Program-made: the position numbers and the translations under genes | Assembly: GCF_006345805.1 (NCBI RefSeq) | Contig: NC_043012.1 | Location: 35,712,001 to 35,776,000, forward strand | Length of the DNA stretch: 64,000 nt | Source: Octopus sinensis | Taxonomy: Eukaryota | Direction of reading: 5' to 3' | Notes under the pieces: model-generated | Seen by the model: only the letters and a program-made list of their open reading frames with translations | Databases searched by the model: none | Told to the model about the DNA's origin: nothing | Shown: positions 50,570-63,910 of the stretch, in pieces | Layout: each line of letters opens with the position of its first letter | How positions within the stretch are numbered: the stretch's first letter is position 1

Positions 50570-50915
50570 GGTGCCAGTGTTACCTGAGTGGCGCCCCGTG
50601 TCAGTGGCATGTAAAAAGCACCATCCGAACGTGGTTGATGCCAGTGCCGCCCGACTGTCTCTCTGTACTGGTGGAATATAAAAAGCACCATCTGAACGTG
50701 GTTGATGCCAGTGCCGCCTGACTGGCTCCTGTGCTAGTGGCATGTAAAAAGCACCTACTACACTCTTGGAGTGGTTGGCATTAGGAGGGGCATCCAGCTG
50801 TAGAAACTCTGCCAGATCAGATTGGAGCCTGGTGCAGCCTACTGGCTTGCCAGTCCCCAGTCAAACCATCCAACGCATGTCAGCATGGAAAGCAGACATT
50901 AAACGATGATGATGA
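50570..50915 (+). mobile_element. RTE 3'UTR-only insertion with (GAT)n tail
   Basis: Homologous to 15290-15653. Confidence 0.9.
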
Positions 50916-51159
50916 TTTTAACAAAGCGTTAAAAACCTACAGTATGCAAATTAGTAGCTCCAGTTCTCTGAAGTTCCTAGATTTGTTGCATATATAGACA
51001 GATTTGCTGCTTATTTCTCTGGGATTAGGCTAGTGATGTAAACATCACTGATAAGACCCCAATAAGGTTTGAAAATCAATTAAGGGTCTTCATCTTTATT
51101 TTTCTACAAAGAAATAGTTAAATTTTCTATGTTTGTATATCTACATGTATGTTTATGAT

Positions 51160-51216
<57 letters not shown>

Positions 51217-51569
51217 TCTTATTTATAAGTATGTATTAATTTACATAAACTTTAATATATTAATCAATTTATATATGTATACATATGATCTATTAATGTA
51301 TGTATAACATATGTGCATGCATACACACACAGCTATATTTATTTATATATGATATCTATATAACCACAAGTGTGGGTGTGTCATAAAAATTCTTTTCCAA
51401 AACACATCACTGCAGGTTCAGTCCCACTGCATGGTACCTTGGGCAAGTGTTCTCTAGTACAGTCTCCTTGTGTTGACATTGCATGATAGTTGTGTCACCA
51501 ATCTGCTGTAAAAACATGCCCGGTCATGGGGAAATATCACTGTGTTTGGTTAACAGAAGGGTTAGCAGT

Positions 51570-51980
51570 GAGTGCCCAATGGATGGTCAGTACAATTCTG
51601 AGGCAGTAGTTTATGAACAGATGTTGTGTCCAATAGCAGTAACAGTAGCAAGAGCAGCAGCAGCAGTAGCTGTAGTGGAAGTAATGATAGGGCACATACA
51701 TGGAAATATGTTGGAGCAATGAAGGGTACCTTTAAACAACAGGTCCTTTTTAAGATCCCAGAGAGGGGCATTGTTACAACATTAACAGCTATATATGGCG
51801 ATTAAAAGAAGAGGGGATGCCATACAAAATTAAGTGGAGGCTGGTGGAATAATCTGGGCCATCCTTCAATGGGAGCATCACAGTGCAAACTTTACTTCAC
51901 TGAGAGGAAAATAATTGTAATAAATTCACATGATCCAGGTGCCTTCTTGAATTCAAAAAGTGAAGATTTAGCTGATGCCT
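51570..51980 (+). pseudogene. Penelope-like GIY-YIG endonuclease remnant
   Basis: CPMDGQYNSEAVVYE, KYVGAMKGTFKQ, SYIWRLKEEGMPYKIKWRLV and CKLYFTERKII..FLNSKSE match the PLE pattern CPL.G.C..VVY/YIG.T..FK/IW.LK..I.W/C.LC..E..LN.R.E. Confidence 0.8.
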
Positions 51981-52351
51981 TCATTTCTTCAGAGTGGGAA
52001 TCCCAGTCCATCTGTGACACACTGACCACTGGAAAAGTGACATACCTGTTGGAGTATACAAGGATATTAAGTAACTGTCACACCGTCTGTTTTTATGTTT
52101 GGGGCACACATGGACTTGTGTACGTGGATGTGGGCACATAAACACACACAAATATTCTACAGTTAGTGCACAAGTGCCCAGATTTTCTCCTAAAAATGCT
52201 CCTGATTAAAAAATTGCTAATGTAGAAGAAAACATATTCATATATATGTGTGCATGTGTGTGTGTGTGTTGAACGTGTGTGTATACTCACATATAAATGT
52301 ATATAGAAGTATTTGTCTATCTTCCTATCTCTATCTAATATATCAATCTAT

Positions 52352-52401
<50 letters not shown>

Positions 52402-52421
52402 ATATATATATAATATATATA

Positions 52422-52454
<33 letters not shown>

Positions 52455-52606
52455 ATATAAATTAATAGATAGATTAATTGATTGATGGATTGATTGATTG
52501 ATTGGTAGATAGATAGAGAGATTAAGACAAATAGATAGAGACATGTCTTAATAGATAGATATGTATATATATATATATATATGAGCAGTGTGTGTGTATA
52601 TATACA

Positions 52607-52642
<36 letters not shown>

Positions 52643-52717
52643 TGTGCGTGTGTATATATATATATATGAGCAGTGTATATACATACATACATACATAAAT
52701 ACATACATATATATGTG

Positions 52718-52750
<33 letters not shown>

Positions 52751-52774
52751 CACATATCTACACACATTGTTTAC

Positions 52775-52901
52775 TACTTCACTGGATCTGCTATATATTA
52801 GCCTTGTAGGATTTAAAATTTTCATCTCATCATTAATTATGTTTAAAGTTGCCTGAAGGCATTCATTTGAATCGGCTTCAAACTCCACTTGCAAATCAAA
52901 T
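52775..52901 (-). CDS. Candidate coding exon (FDLQVEFEADSNECLQATLNIINDEMKILNPTRLIYSRSSE), protein unknown
   Basis: Unique island; minus-strand acceptor gttcctAG at 52903-52902; open frame; only weak donors (GTAGTA/GTAAAC). Confidence 0.3.
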
Positions 52902-53274
52902 CTAGGAACATTTAAATTCACATTTAACACACACATACATTTATGTATGTGTATATATATATATATATGTATATATATATAGTTTAAAAATATAGCAAAA
53001 TAAAACAAAATACGGAAACAGGTTAAAGAGTAACAAACAAGCAAGGTGTATTAATTCAACACTGAGGAAAAATAGGTGAGTGTATATATATATATATATT
53101 ATATATAAATATATACACACACATATATACACATACATACATATATATATATATATCATATATATACATATATATACATACACACACACACACACACAAA
53201 CATACATATATATATAAATATGTATATATATATATCTTTATCTATCTACCTATATATATATATATATGTATATA

Positions 53275-53312
<38 letters not shown>

Positions 53313-53366
53313 TATTTATGTATCTGTCTATCTATTTATATCTATCTATCCATCTATCTATCATCC

Positions 53367-53405
<39 letters not shown>

Positions 53406-54549
53406 CACACACATACAAATGTGTATACATGTATATATGTTTGTATGCACATGTATACTTTTATATGTGTGTGTGTGCATGTATGTTATTCTACATAAAG
53501 AATATAATGAAATGATTTAGAGATTTAATAATTATAATTATTTCAGTTCAATCAGAATTTAATAATAGTAATTATTCTTAACTAGAGTTTACATTAATTA
53601 ATTATAATGAGATTAATGTAGCTTAAGTGTAAATGTAGTACAATGTACGATATTGTACAGAGTAGATGTTAGATACACCTTGCCTGGCAGGGTAGTCACA
53701 AATGGAACGGTCAGCTTGCTCAAGGTGTGGTTGGAGGACATGCACACATACACGCATACATGACTGATACACTGATACATACATATTTATCATCATCATC
53801 ATCATCAATATCACATATATATGTATGTGTGTGTATAATTTTCTTCTCTCTATCTATACACACACACACACACACACATACATTATGCCTCTCCCTAAGT
53901 CTCTCTCTCTCTCTCACCTCTCTCTCTCTTTCTTTCTCTCCCTGCTCTCTCGTTTTTCAATCCATTTTCTCTTTCTGTATCCATCTATCTATTTATCAAT
54001 GTGTGTGTGTGTGTGTAAGAACTCACCCATGCACATGCATACATACCATTGTGCATTCCTGCATATTGGTATATGTAATTATCCATGTATAAAAGTGTGT
54101 GTGTGTGTGTGTGTGTGTTTGTAAGTATTTATATACATCTATACAATTATATGTTTACACACATAAATAATTGAAGTGTTCCAATTACACTTGGCTGAGT
54201 AGAGGTGGGTTGGATAAGTTTGTAAAGTTAGGAGAGACCCTCTTGGCAGCAGTCCAAGATGATCAGCTACAATTTGGCAGGGGCAATATCTTACACAAAG
54301 GCATCTTTCCCCTCATATAGTCAGCATTTTATAGATGATGTAGTGATGATGGGGAAGGCCCTTCTCTTGGTGTTGCTGGCACTATTCTTTAATTTTCCTG
54401 CTGCAAGTAAATCACTTGGCACCTTTAAGGTTTGTATGTACTTTGATTATATGAAAGAGCTTATAGCTCATATGTTTAGTTATCTCGGATGGATCAGGGG
54501 TTGGGGAGAGCAGATTTACTGCCAAAAGTGCAGAGGATTGGCACAAGCA

Positions 54550-55385
54550 GCAGAACATTGAGGAAAATGTAGTGCAGTGTTTATTCCCACATTTTACATT
54601 CTGAGTTCAAATCCCACCTGAGTCAGTTTTGCTCCTGATCTCTTTAAGGTCGATAAAGCAAAGCAATAGCCTGGTATTAGGATCGATTTAATCAACTGAC
54701 CTCCCCCCACTCCCTCAATGTTTCTTGTCTTGTATAATAAGGTGGCAAACTTACACAATCATTAGCATATCAGGTAAAATGCCTTGCATTATTTTGCCAA
54801 TCTTAAGGTAGCAAGTTGGCAGAATCGTTAGCACGCCGGGCAAAATCCTTAGTGGTATTTCATCTGTCTTTACATTCTGAGTTCAAATTCCAACAACGTC
54901 GACTTTGCCTTTCATCCTTTTGGAATCAATAAATTAAGTACCAGTTATGCACTGGGGTCAATGGAATCGATTTGTCCCCTCCCTAACATTTGCAGACCTT
55001 GTGTCTATAGTAGAGAATTTTTTTTGCCCATCTTTACATTCAGAGTTCAAATGCTGCTAAGGTCAACTTTGCCTTTCATCCTTTCGGGGTCAATAAAAAA
55101 AGTACCAGTTAAGTACTGGGGTCACTAAAAAAAGTATCATGAGCTGGCAGAATCGTAAGCACGCCAGGCGAAATGTGTAGTGGTATTTCGTTTGCTGTTA
55201 GGCTCTGAGTTCCAATTCTACCAAGGTCGACTTTGCCTTTCATCCTTTTGGGGTCGATAAATTAAGTACCAGTTGCATAGTGGGTTCGATCTAATTGACT
55301 GGCTTCCTCCCCCAAATTTTCGGGCCTTGTGCCTAGAGTAGAAAAGATTATATTCGGCCATGTGCCTATAATAGAAAGGATAATC
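54550..55385 (+). mobile_element. Tandem cluster of 4-5 family D SINE units
   Basis: Repeated TCTGAGTTCAAAT..CTTTGCCTTTCATCCTTT..GGTC.ATAA..AAGTACCAG units with several heads. Confidence 0.85.
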
Positions 55386-56014
55386 AACTTACCCCTTCTC
55401 CTACTTGCTGGCTTTGTGTTTTTATAAGAAATTATATTTATTGCCAAAAGCAATCAGTAAAGCAAGGGCAGGGCCCTTACTATCTTGCTGTGAAGGGCAT
55501 TGTTTGTTTGTTGTGTGGTAAAGAGATATTTGGTGGGTTTGGGGCTGATGGATGAATAAAATTGAAATAAGGTTTGTAATAAGGTTTGTAAGGTGGTGTC
55601 AAGTGTGTTTTGAAAGTTGGAGTGTTAATCAGAAATAGGGGACAGTGGAGAGGGGAAAGGCATAGGCTTAAATATTAATTGGTGGACATAGTTGAGAAAA
55701 TGAAACAAATCTTTTTTTTTGTTTTTGCTTGTGGTGTGTGTATGTGGGGGTGAAGTGTAAGGAAGTGTGTGTGTGTGTGTGTGTGTTGAAGTAACTGAAG
55801 GTAATGACATGAGAGAGGGGGAGAGAGAAAATAGAAGGAAAGAAAGAGTGAGAGGTAAGTTCAAAGAGAGAGAAGGGGAGAGAGAGGGGGTGAAAGAGAA
55901 GAAGAGAAAGAGAGGGATTAAGTAAGAAAGATGTTCTCAATGTAGGACAAGAAATAGTTGAACCTCTGATGGTGGCTGGGGGGGGGGAGTTTGGAGAGAT
56001 TGAAAGAAGAGAGA

Positions 56015-56045
<31 letters not shown>

Positions 56046-56696
56046 TTGAACGAGAATGACTGTTAAGTCATTGAAGATAAAGAGATGAGACGATGAGGGC
56101 AAAGAGTGTGGGTTACATACCCAACAAAAAGATCACCTTCCAGGGTAGAATTTTGACCCAGGGGCTAGCCTGGACTTTGGAGTTGGCGACGAGAGATTTA
56201 GTGTCTTATCAGGTGGTAGTATTGGTCACTGTTGTTACTTGTGTTACCAATAGTGGTGGTGGTAGTAGTTGTATTGGTTGTGGTGGCACTGATGGTAGTG
56301 TAGGTGGTAGTGTTTGTGGTACTAATGGTAATTGTTAGTGGTTGTATTGGGGGTAGTACAAATGCTGGTGGCGGTGGTGGCAGTTGTTAGTATTGGTATC
56401 GATTGTAGTGGTGTTAGTGTTCATAGTATTGGTGGTAGTTGCTAGTGGTGGTGGTTGTAGTGATAGTGATGATAGTTGTGCTAGTGGTATTGTTGGTAGT
56501 TGTGGTTGTATTACTAGTAGTGGCAGTTTAGTCCAAGTGATAGCTTTGACAGTGATAGTAATAGTAATAGTAGTAGTAGTAGTAGATGTTGGTGTAGTGT
56601 TGGTGGTGGCGGTAGTGGTAGCAGGTGATGTACTTCAACGTAAGCTGTGCGTAATGTTTTTCCGATAAATATTAATAAATCTTTTATAGATATTAA

Positions 56697-56952
56697 AACC
56701 ACCACCACCACCACCACCACCATCACCACCACTCTCATCATCGTCATCGTCGTCGTTGTCATCGTCATCATCATCACCACCACCATCATCGTAAACATCA
56801 TTACCTTTCATAATCATCATCATTGTCATCATCGTCATCATCATAGTCATCATCATAATAATCATCCTTATCATCATAATCATCATCATCATCATCATTA
56901 TCGTCATCATCATCAACATCATCATCATCATCATCATCACCATCATCATCAT

Positions 56953-56983
<31 letters not shown>

Positions 56984-57074
56984 CATCATCATCATCACAT
57001 CATCATCATCATATCATCATCATATCATCATCATCATCATCACCATCACCATCATCATCATCATCATCATCATC

Positions 57075-57105
<31 letters not shown>

Positions 57106-57129
57106 AATCATCAACATCATCATCATCAT

Positions 57130-57162
<33 letters not shown>

Positions 57163-57226
57163 AATCATCATAATCATCATCATCATCATCACCATCACCA
57201 TCATCATCATCATCATATTCATCATC

Positions 57227-57273
<47 letters not shown>

Positions 57274-57512
57274 AATCATCATCATCATCATCATCATAAT
57301 CATCAACATCATCATCATCATCATAATCATCATCAACATCATCATCATCATATTCATCATCATATTCATCATCTTTATCATCATCACCACCACCACCATC
57401 ACTGCCACCACCACCATCACTACCACCACCACCATCCCTACCACCACCACTACCATCACTGCCACCACCACCACCATCGCTGCCACCACCACCACCATCA
57501 CCACCATCATTA
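56697..57512. repeat. ~800-bp (CAT)n/(CAC)n trinucleotide array
   Basis: Directly visible; source of the 306-aa poly-His ORF. Confidence 0.97.
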
Positions 57513-57824
57513 TTATTGTTTTAACCTGCCTGCTTCTGCTTTTCCCTTTCCCCCCTTAATGCCTTAGATTACATCCTTGTTCTTCCATACATAATCTTGC
57601 CACTTGTCTCATTCTGTGATCCACTCGTTCTGTGAGGCCACACCATCGTGAGTTCTAATCACATCACTTCCCCTACAGCCCAGTCTTTTTCAGTCTTTCC
57701 CTGACATGGCCCCTTCAGCCTCCACCGTCTCTCCACACCATTTTTCCCACCATCATGCATTCTCCGTGCTGTAATTATCTTCTACACTCATCATCATGTA
57801 TGTTAATATAACAACCTAATTAAA

Positions 57825-58761
57825 GAGAGAGAGAGAGAGCAGGGAAGGGAGCAAGGAAGAGTGAGACAAATAGAGAGAGAAAGAGAGAGAGAGAGAACTG
57901 GAGAGGGAGCAAGGAAGTGTGAGACAAATAGAGAGACACATACACACACACACACACATACACATACACACACACACACATACACACACACATACACACA
58001 CACACATACACACACACACATATGCATACACACACACACACACACAGGGAGAAAATGAGAAAGAGAGAGGGACAGACAGACAGAAAGAAATGAAAATGGT
58101 TGTTGATGTTGTTCTGTCATCTCTGATTTGGCAGACTCACGGTTAAAGGCTTTCCAATTATGACCACCCCATCTTTTATACAAACACAGATTGAATAAAA
58201 TCATATATTTTATGTAAATGTGTCCTCCCATATTTTTAAGCTGAATGCGATTTAAGGAATTTCTGGCTGCTATTTCCAGCAGATCACATACCATCAGGAA
58301 TCTGCTCCGTTTACTCTCTCTTTTCAAGGTTAATTAAATAAGCACCAATTAAATGCTGAGGGTTAATTATGCTATCTTAAATTGACATTCCTTTGAGTAA
58401 ATTGATGGTATTGTAATCACAGAGGGAGGGACAATGCCCATAGCTTTTTTAGATCCTCTGAACCTGGTGGATAGCACCGGTGACTGTCCTGCTGGTTGGA
58501 GGGCTTTGAGTTGTGTTTTAACTTTTATTTCTTTCAGTCATTGGGCTATGGCCATGCTGGGGCACCACCCCGAGGGGTTTAGTCAAACAAATTGACCTTA
58601 GTACTTACTTTTAGGGTCAAGAGCTGGTGTTTTATCATTCTCTTTTGGTGAACTGCTATCTTATGGGGATGTAAACAAACCATCAGCAGTTGTCAAGTAG
58701 TGATGAGGAACAAGCATAAAGACACAAAGACACATGCACCCCCCCCCACACACACACTTGC

Positions 58762-58802
<41 letters not shown>

Positions 58803-59718
58803 TGCAAGAGTGGCTGTGTGGTAAGAAGCTTGCTTCGCAACCATATTGGTTCTGGGTTCAGTCCCACTGCGTGACACCTTGGGCATGTGTCTTCTACTCT
58901 AGCCTCGGGCCAACCAAAACCTTGTGAATGTATTTGGTAGACGGAAACTGAAAGAAGCCCATTGTATTTATATATATATATATATGTATATTTGTATATA
59001 TGTTTATGTGTCTGTGTTTATCCCCCCTACCATCACTTGACAACCGCTGTTGGTGTGTTTATGTCCCCGTAACTTAGCGGCTCAGTAAAAGGTACTGAAA
59101 AAATGAGTACTAGGCTTACAAAGAATAAGTCCTGGGGTCGATTTGTTTGACTAAAGGTGATGCTCCAGCATGGCCATAGTCAAAATGACTGAAACAAATA
59201 AAAGAATAAAAGAAAAAAAAAACATAGTGACAGGCATGGCTGTGTGGTAAGGAGTTTGCTTCTCAAACACTTGGTTCCAGTTTCAGTCCCACTGCATGGT
59301 ACCTGATACCTTGAACAAGTGCCTTCTTCCATTGGCCTTGAGCCAACCAAAGTCTTGTGAGTGGAACAGATAGACAGAAACTGAAAGAAGCTCAGTGTGT
59401 GTACCACATATATATGTGTGTGTGTGTGTATTTACATACACACATGTGTACACATACACATAGATTGAGAGAGAGAGAGCAGGGAAGGGAGCAAGGAAGA
59501 GTGAGACAAATAGAGGGAGAAAGAGAGAGAGAACAGGAGAGGGAGCAAGAAAGAGTGAGACAAATAGAGAGACACATACACACACACACAGGGAGAAAAT
59601 GAGAAAAGAGAGAGACAGACAGACAAACAGAAAGAAATTAAAATGGTTGTCGATGTTGTGCTGTCATCTCTGATTCGGCAGACTCATGGTTAAAGGCTTT
59701 CCAATTATGACCACCCCA
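57825..59718. repeat. Local duplication: 57825-58170 repeated at 59466-59718
   Basis: GAGCAGGGAAGGGAGCAAGGAAGAGTGAGACAAATAG...CTGTCATCTCTGATT.GGCAGACTCA.GGTTAAAGGCTTTCCAATTATGACCACCCCA present twice. Confidence 0.9.
58800..59215 (+). mobile_element. Family C SINE (partial copies at 58520-58740 on - and 59230-59400 on +)
   Basis: GAGTGGCTGTGTGGTAAG..GGTTCAGTCCCACTGCGTGACACCTTGGGC..(AT)n..CAGCATGGCC..ATGACTGAAACAA. Confidence 0.9.
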
Positions 59719-60774
59719 TATGTACATATGTATGTATCTATATATATCATCATCATTTAACGTCCATCTTCCATGCATGTATGGGTAGGACATTTGACAG
59801 GAGCCAGCCAGGTAGAAGACTACCCCAGGCTACTGTGTCTGTTTTGGCAGGGTTTTGCAGCTGGATTCCCTTCCTAACACCAACCATTCTGCAAAGTGGA
59901 CTCAGTGCTTTTTACTTGGCACTAGCAGAGGTGAGGTTAGCTTTGGCATGATTTTTACAACTGGATGCCCTTCCAAATGCCAACTGTTTTACAGTGGCAC
60001 CAGCACTGACATGGTCACCAAGTAACTCACAAGACAAGGAATTTTGAGAGGGGCAGGGGCATTTGTAGAGAGGAACTCATGTCAGAGGATGAAAGGTTAG
60101 AAGGTCACCAAGAGACAGAGAGGCAGAAACAGGTGTCTTGCTATATATATGTATGTGTGTGTGTGTGTGTGTGTGCACGTGTGTGTTTTTACATCCCTGT
60201 AACTTAGTGGTTTGGCAAAAGTGACTGATAAGTTACAGGCTTTTAAAAAGATATACACACACACATGATGGGCTTCCACATAGTTTCCATTTACAAAATC
60301 ACTTGCAAAGCATTGGTTGGCCTGGGTGTATAGTTAAAAGCACAGCAAATAAAGCAGCAGAAATAAATGGCTGTGGTGGTTTCAGAACAGCTCCAGACTG
60401 ACCAGACCTATGATCCAAGGCATACCACCCATGACCATACTGTCTTTTTAGAATTATCTAGGATTAGACTGCTATTTCTCTCTCTCTATCTATCTCTCTT
60501 TCTCTCGCTCGCTCTCTCCTCTTTCTGCCATTTCCACTGTTACTATAATGACCTCTGTTCCTCGGAGTCGATCAGCCTTGTACCTTCTCTTCTCAGGTAT
60601 CCCACAATCCACTCATCTCTCCTTTTCTTATCTCCTTCATTGTATCCACCCCACTCCCTGCCAGGACCCGTATTAACTTTTATGCCAAGTCCTTTCCAAC
60701 CAGGACATCATCCCTCTGGAATTTCCTTCCTTCACATCACTTTCCTGCAAGAATTGACTTGTAACAGTTTCAGT

Positions 60775-61131
60775 CAGTGTTCTTTGACCATTTTTTAACC
60801 TAAAGATCCTTTTGATTTTTATTTTACTCTTGTGGCCCCCTCTTATAAGATATATGATAGAGAAACAATTCTTAACCCTTTCGTGACCAACCCAGCTGTA
60901 ACCACTTGTGGCTCTATAGTTCAAATGTCTTGTTTCCATAAGTTCTGAATTAAAATCTTCCACCAAACCTTAGTCACAATTTATGTTCCTAACACTAGTT
61001 TAATGATAACGAAGTTATTTTACTAAATTCTTTGTTTATATTTAAAATTAATTGAAAGAAATACAGCATTTCAAAATAAATATGGTAATGAAAGGGTTAA
61101 GGGTCCTGTGCACCTCAGTTGAGAACCATTG
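60775..61131. mobile_element. hAT (Charlie-like) MITE hosting a piggyBac MITE
   Basis: Ends CAGTGTTCTTTGACC and AGTTGAGAACCATTG; candidate 8-bp TSD GTTTCAGT / GTTTAAAT. Confidence 0.55.
60876..61096. mobile_element. piggyBac-type MITE (221 bp)
   Basis: TTAA|CCCTTTCGTGACCA ... TGGTAATGAAAGGG|TTAA: 14-bp TIR with 2 mismatches, TTAA TSD. Confidence 0.9.
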
Positions 61132-61504
61132 GTTTAAATGGAACATTAATGGTCTCAACTTCAGAGGCTTTGCAAATGCTATAGGCACTGCTCCCTTCCT
61201 CTAAGGATCTCCCATGTTAAAAAAAAAAGAAGAAAAAAACCCAAAATTTCAATGGCTGTGTGGTTAAGAAGTTTACTTTGCATTCATGTACTTTTGGGTT
61301 CAGTCCCACTGCACGGCACCTTGGGCATATAAGGAAAAGATGGGATGATCACAGTCAGAATGTCTTTCATCATAGGCATGGTGGATCAAGGCTGTTCCCC
61401 CGCCCCAAAAGCTAAATGACAACAACAACAACCATAAGTGGTTAGGGATTGGTGAGGTGGAGGTGCATGTGCCGTAACAACAAGTTAAAGTGTTACATGT
61501 TTGA

Positions 61505-61835
61505 GATAGTTGGCTTGTTGGGTGGCTGGCTTACTGAGTAGCTAACTGAATAGTGAGCTGGGTGGCTGGGTGGCCAGCTGAGCAACTGGGTGGTGAGCTG
61601 GGTGGCTGGGTGACCAGCTAAATGACTGGATGGTTTGCTGGGGGTCTTGCTGACTAGCCAGGTGGCTAACCAGGTAGCTAGGTTGCTAGCTGAGTGGCTG
61701 GGTGGATTGCAGAGTTGCTGGGTGGCTAGCTGGGTGGCTCAGTGGTTAACCAGATGGCTGGGTAACTAGCTAGATTGCTGAGTGGCTGGTTGGCTGGTTG
61801 GCTGGTTGGCTTAGGGGCTAACTGGGTGGCTGTGT
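61505..61835. repeat. Degenerate tetranucleotide satellite (GGCT/GGGT/AGCT)n
   Basis: 4-bp periodicity with T at every fourth position. Confidence 0.85.
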
Positions 61836-61995
61836 GGAATATGAATACCGCAGCCTCTTTATCTCATCAACCATCATTCAATTATCTTTTTCAATTAATT
61901 TTTGTTTGCTATCTTATTAATTTATTTATTTTTGTTGTTTTTTGTGGTAAGAGCTTTACTTTGCATTTTCGATTTTCCATATCGTTAATAAAGAT

Positions 61996-62048
<53 letters not shown>

Positions 62049-62849
62049 ATGCTGCTGCTGCTGCTATACTACTACTACTACTACTACTAATAATAATAAT
62101 AATAATAATACTACGACGACGACCACCACCACCACCACTACCACTACTATATCACTATAGCCACAAGCAGACCACAAAAGCACCCCGCCCATCATATCAA
62201 TTGTTACCACTTCCTGCATCCCAGTACTTCTACCACTACCCTGACTACTTCACCCCTCACCATACTACTACATGCACTCTATCTTCACACCTCTACAATA
62301 TATCCAACTACACTGTCAAAGCCATAACCACATTACTATATCCATATCCACAACCACTCATAATTAATACACCACTATAACATCGAGCACTCTACTATGG
62401 TCACCACCATATTACTATATGTACTACAACATTACTAAAGCCACTACGGCACTACTATAGCTGTTACCACCTTCACTACTGTACACTCAGCTACAGCAAT
62501 ATTTTAGCCACTGCTTCAGGCAGTGAACTGGCAGAATGGTCAGCACACCAGGTAAAGTGCTCTGTGGCACTTTATCCGTCTTTATGTTCTGAGTTCAAAT
62601 TCTGCCAAGGTCAACTTTACCTTTCATCTTTTCAGGGTCAATAAAGTAAGTACCAGTTGAGCACTGGGGTTGATCTAATTGACTGGCTTCCTCACATGAA
62701 ATTGCTGGCCTTGTGCCAAAATTTGAAGCCAATATTTTAACCACCTCATGACTATACCGCTCACCATATTTCTATGGTTACTCCGAAGTCACATATCAAA
62801 GTAACTGTCTCATCCTTACCATCGTTATCTGCGATCAGAATTGGTTTTG

Positions 62850-63910
62850 TTATTGTTCAGGTGCTCAGGGTTCTGTTAGGGCCAGAGCTCCAGGTGGTTT
62901 GAGACTGGGACAAAGTCATAAACAGAGTGGTCAGTCTCAACCAGAAATGGTCTGAGTAGGAGTTACGAGTTATCCTTGAAAGGACTGAGATGTTGAGCAC
63001 GTACATCACCCCCATTGCTCCCATCACCTATTACTCCCTGACCACTGTGCTTTTCCCTGGTTTTGATATGACCAGATTGTTGCAGCTGCACCTTTGCATT
63101 TTATGGAAGGGATGCAGAAGGTCCATTTACTGCAAACATTTTCTGTTAAGGAGATCTTGGTATGTTGTGGATGATGATGATGCAGAGACCTGCAGCATCT
63201 GCCAAGATTCCTGGATGCTGAGCTGGTGTGGATTCTCTTGATCAAGTATGTCTTCTTCTTCACTGCTCACATCTTTGACTGAGCTGCAATCATGGGTCAA
63301 ATGAAAATGAAGATTAGGGATATGGAATCTGGAATGTCGTATGGTACTCATAATTTCTTATTCATTCAGACAAGTGGTCATCGATTGGTGCAGCAACCTT
63401 TACATAATGGAGCAGTGCTTCTCTGACATATTTAGCATCCAAGTATTGTTGACTTGTGGGCTTTTATTGAACAGCTGTTGTCATATCGGACAGATATGGT
63501 TTTTAGCTGAATCATCTTGAGAATTGCACTGCTGCCTTGCTTTGGAATGGCAAATAGTTTTTCTTTCTCTTGTGGTTGTAGCAAAAGATGTGGAAGGACA
63601 TAACTGAAAGAACTGAGGTCATTCACTTTCGTCTCCTGCCTAGTTTTTACTATTTAAGTTATTTTTTCTTTTTCATATGGTATCATTCCTTTTCCATTTT
63701 CCTAAATAAAGAGAAACCATTTTTTCCCCCAGTTCCATGCAGTGTATTTTCCTTCTGTTTCTTGATGGAATGTAGCAATAGCTGAGGAATGTCTACTAAG
63801 ATCAAACCCAGTTTCCCCTCAATTGATGTTTCCACTGTTGCTGAATAGACTAGATCTTCCAGTCTGCCCATTATTCTGGTATTTTGTTTCTCTAGACAGA
63901 ATTTCATGTA
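62850..63910 (-). pseudogene. Possible highly decayed LINE C-terminus (RNase H-bearing clade)
   Basis: Coding-like composition with broken frames; faint QSGH and ETDH..CP motifs only. Confidence 0.3.

Noticed and set aside
54190-54320. TWLSRGGLDKFVKL resembling the hAT RWLSRG motif, or an exon
   Set aside because: A single short motif without supporting flanks or good splice sites.
56121-56210. Minus-strand exon with donor GG|GTATGT
   Set aside because: No credible acceptor with a polypyrimidine tract; stops in frames extended upstream.
56647-57567. 306-aa His-rich ORF (and the many YI/HT/CV/poly-V/poly-D ORFs in the track)
   Set aside because: Translations of microsatellites that lack stop codons; no coding signal.
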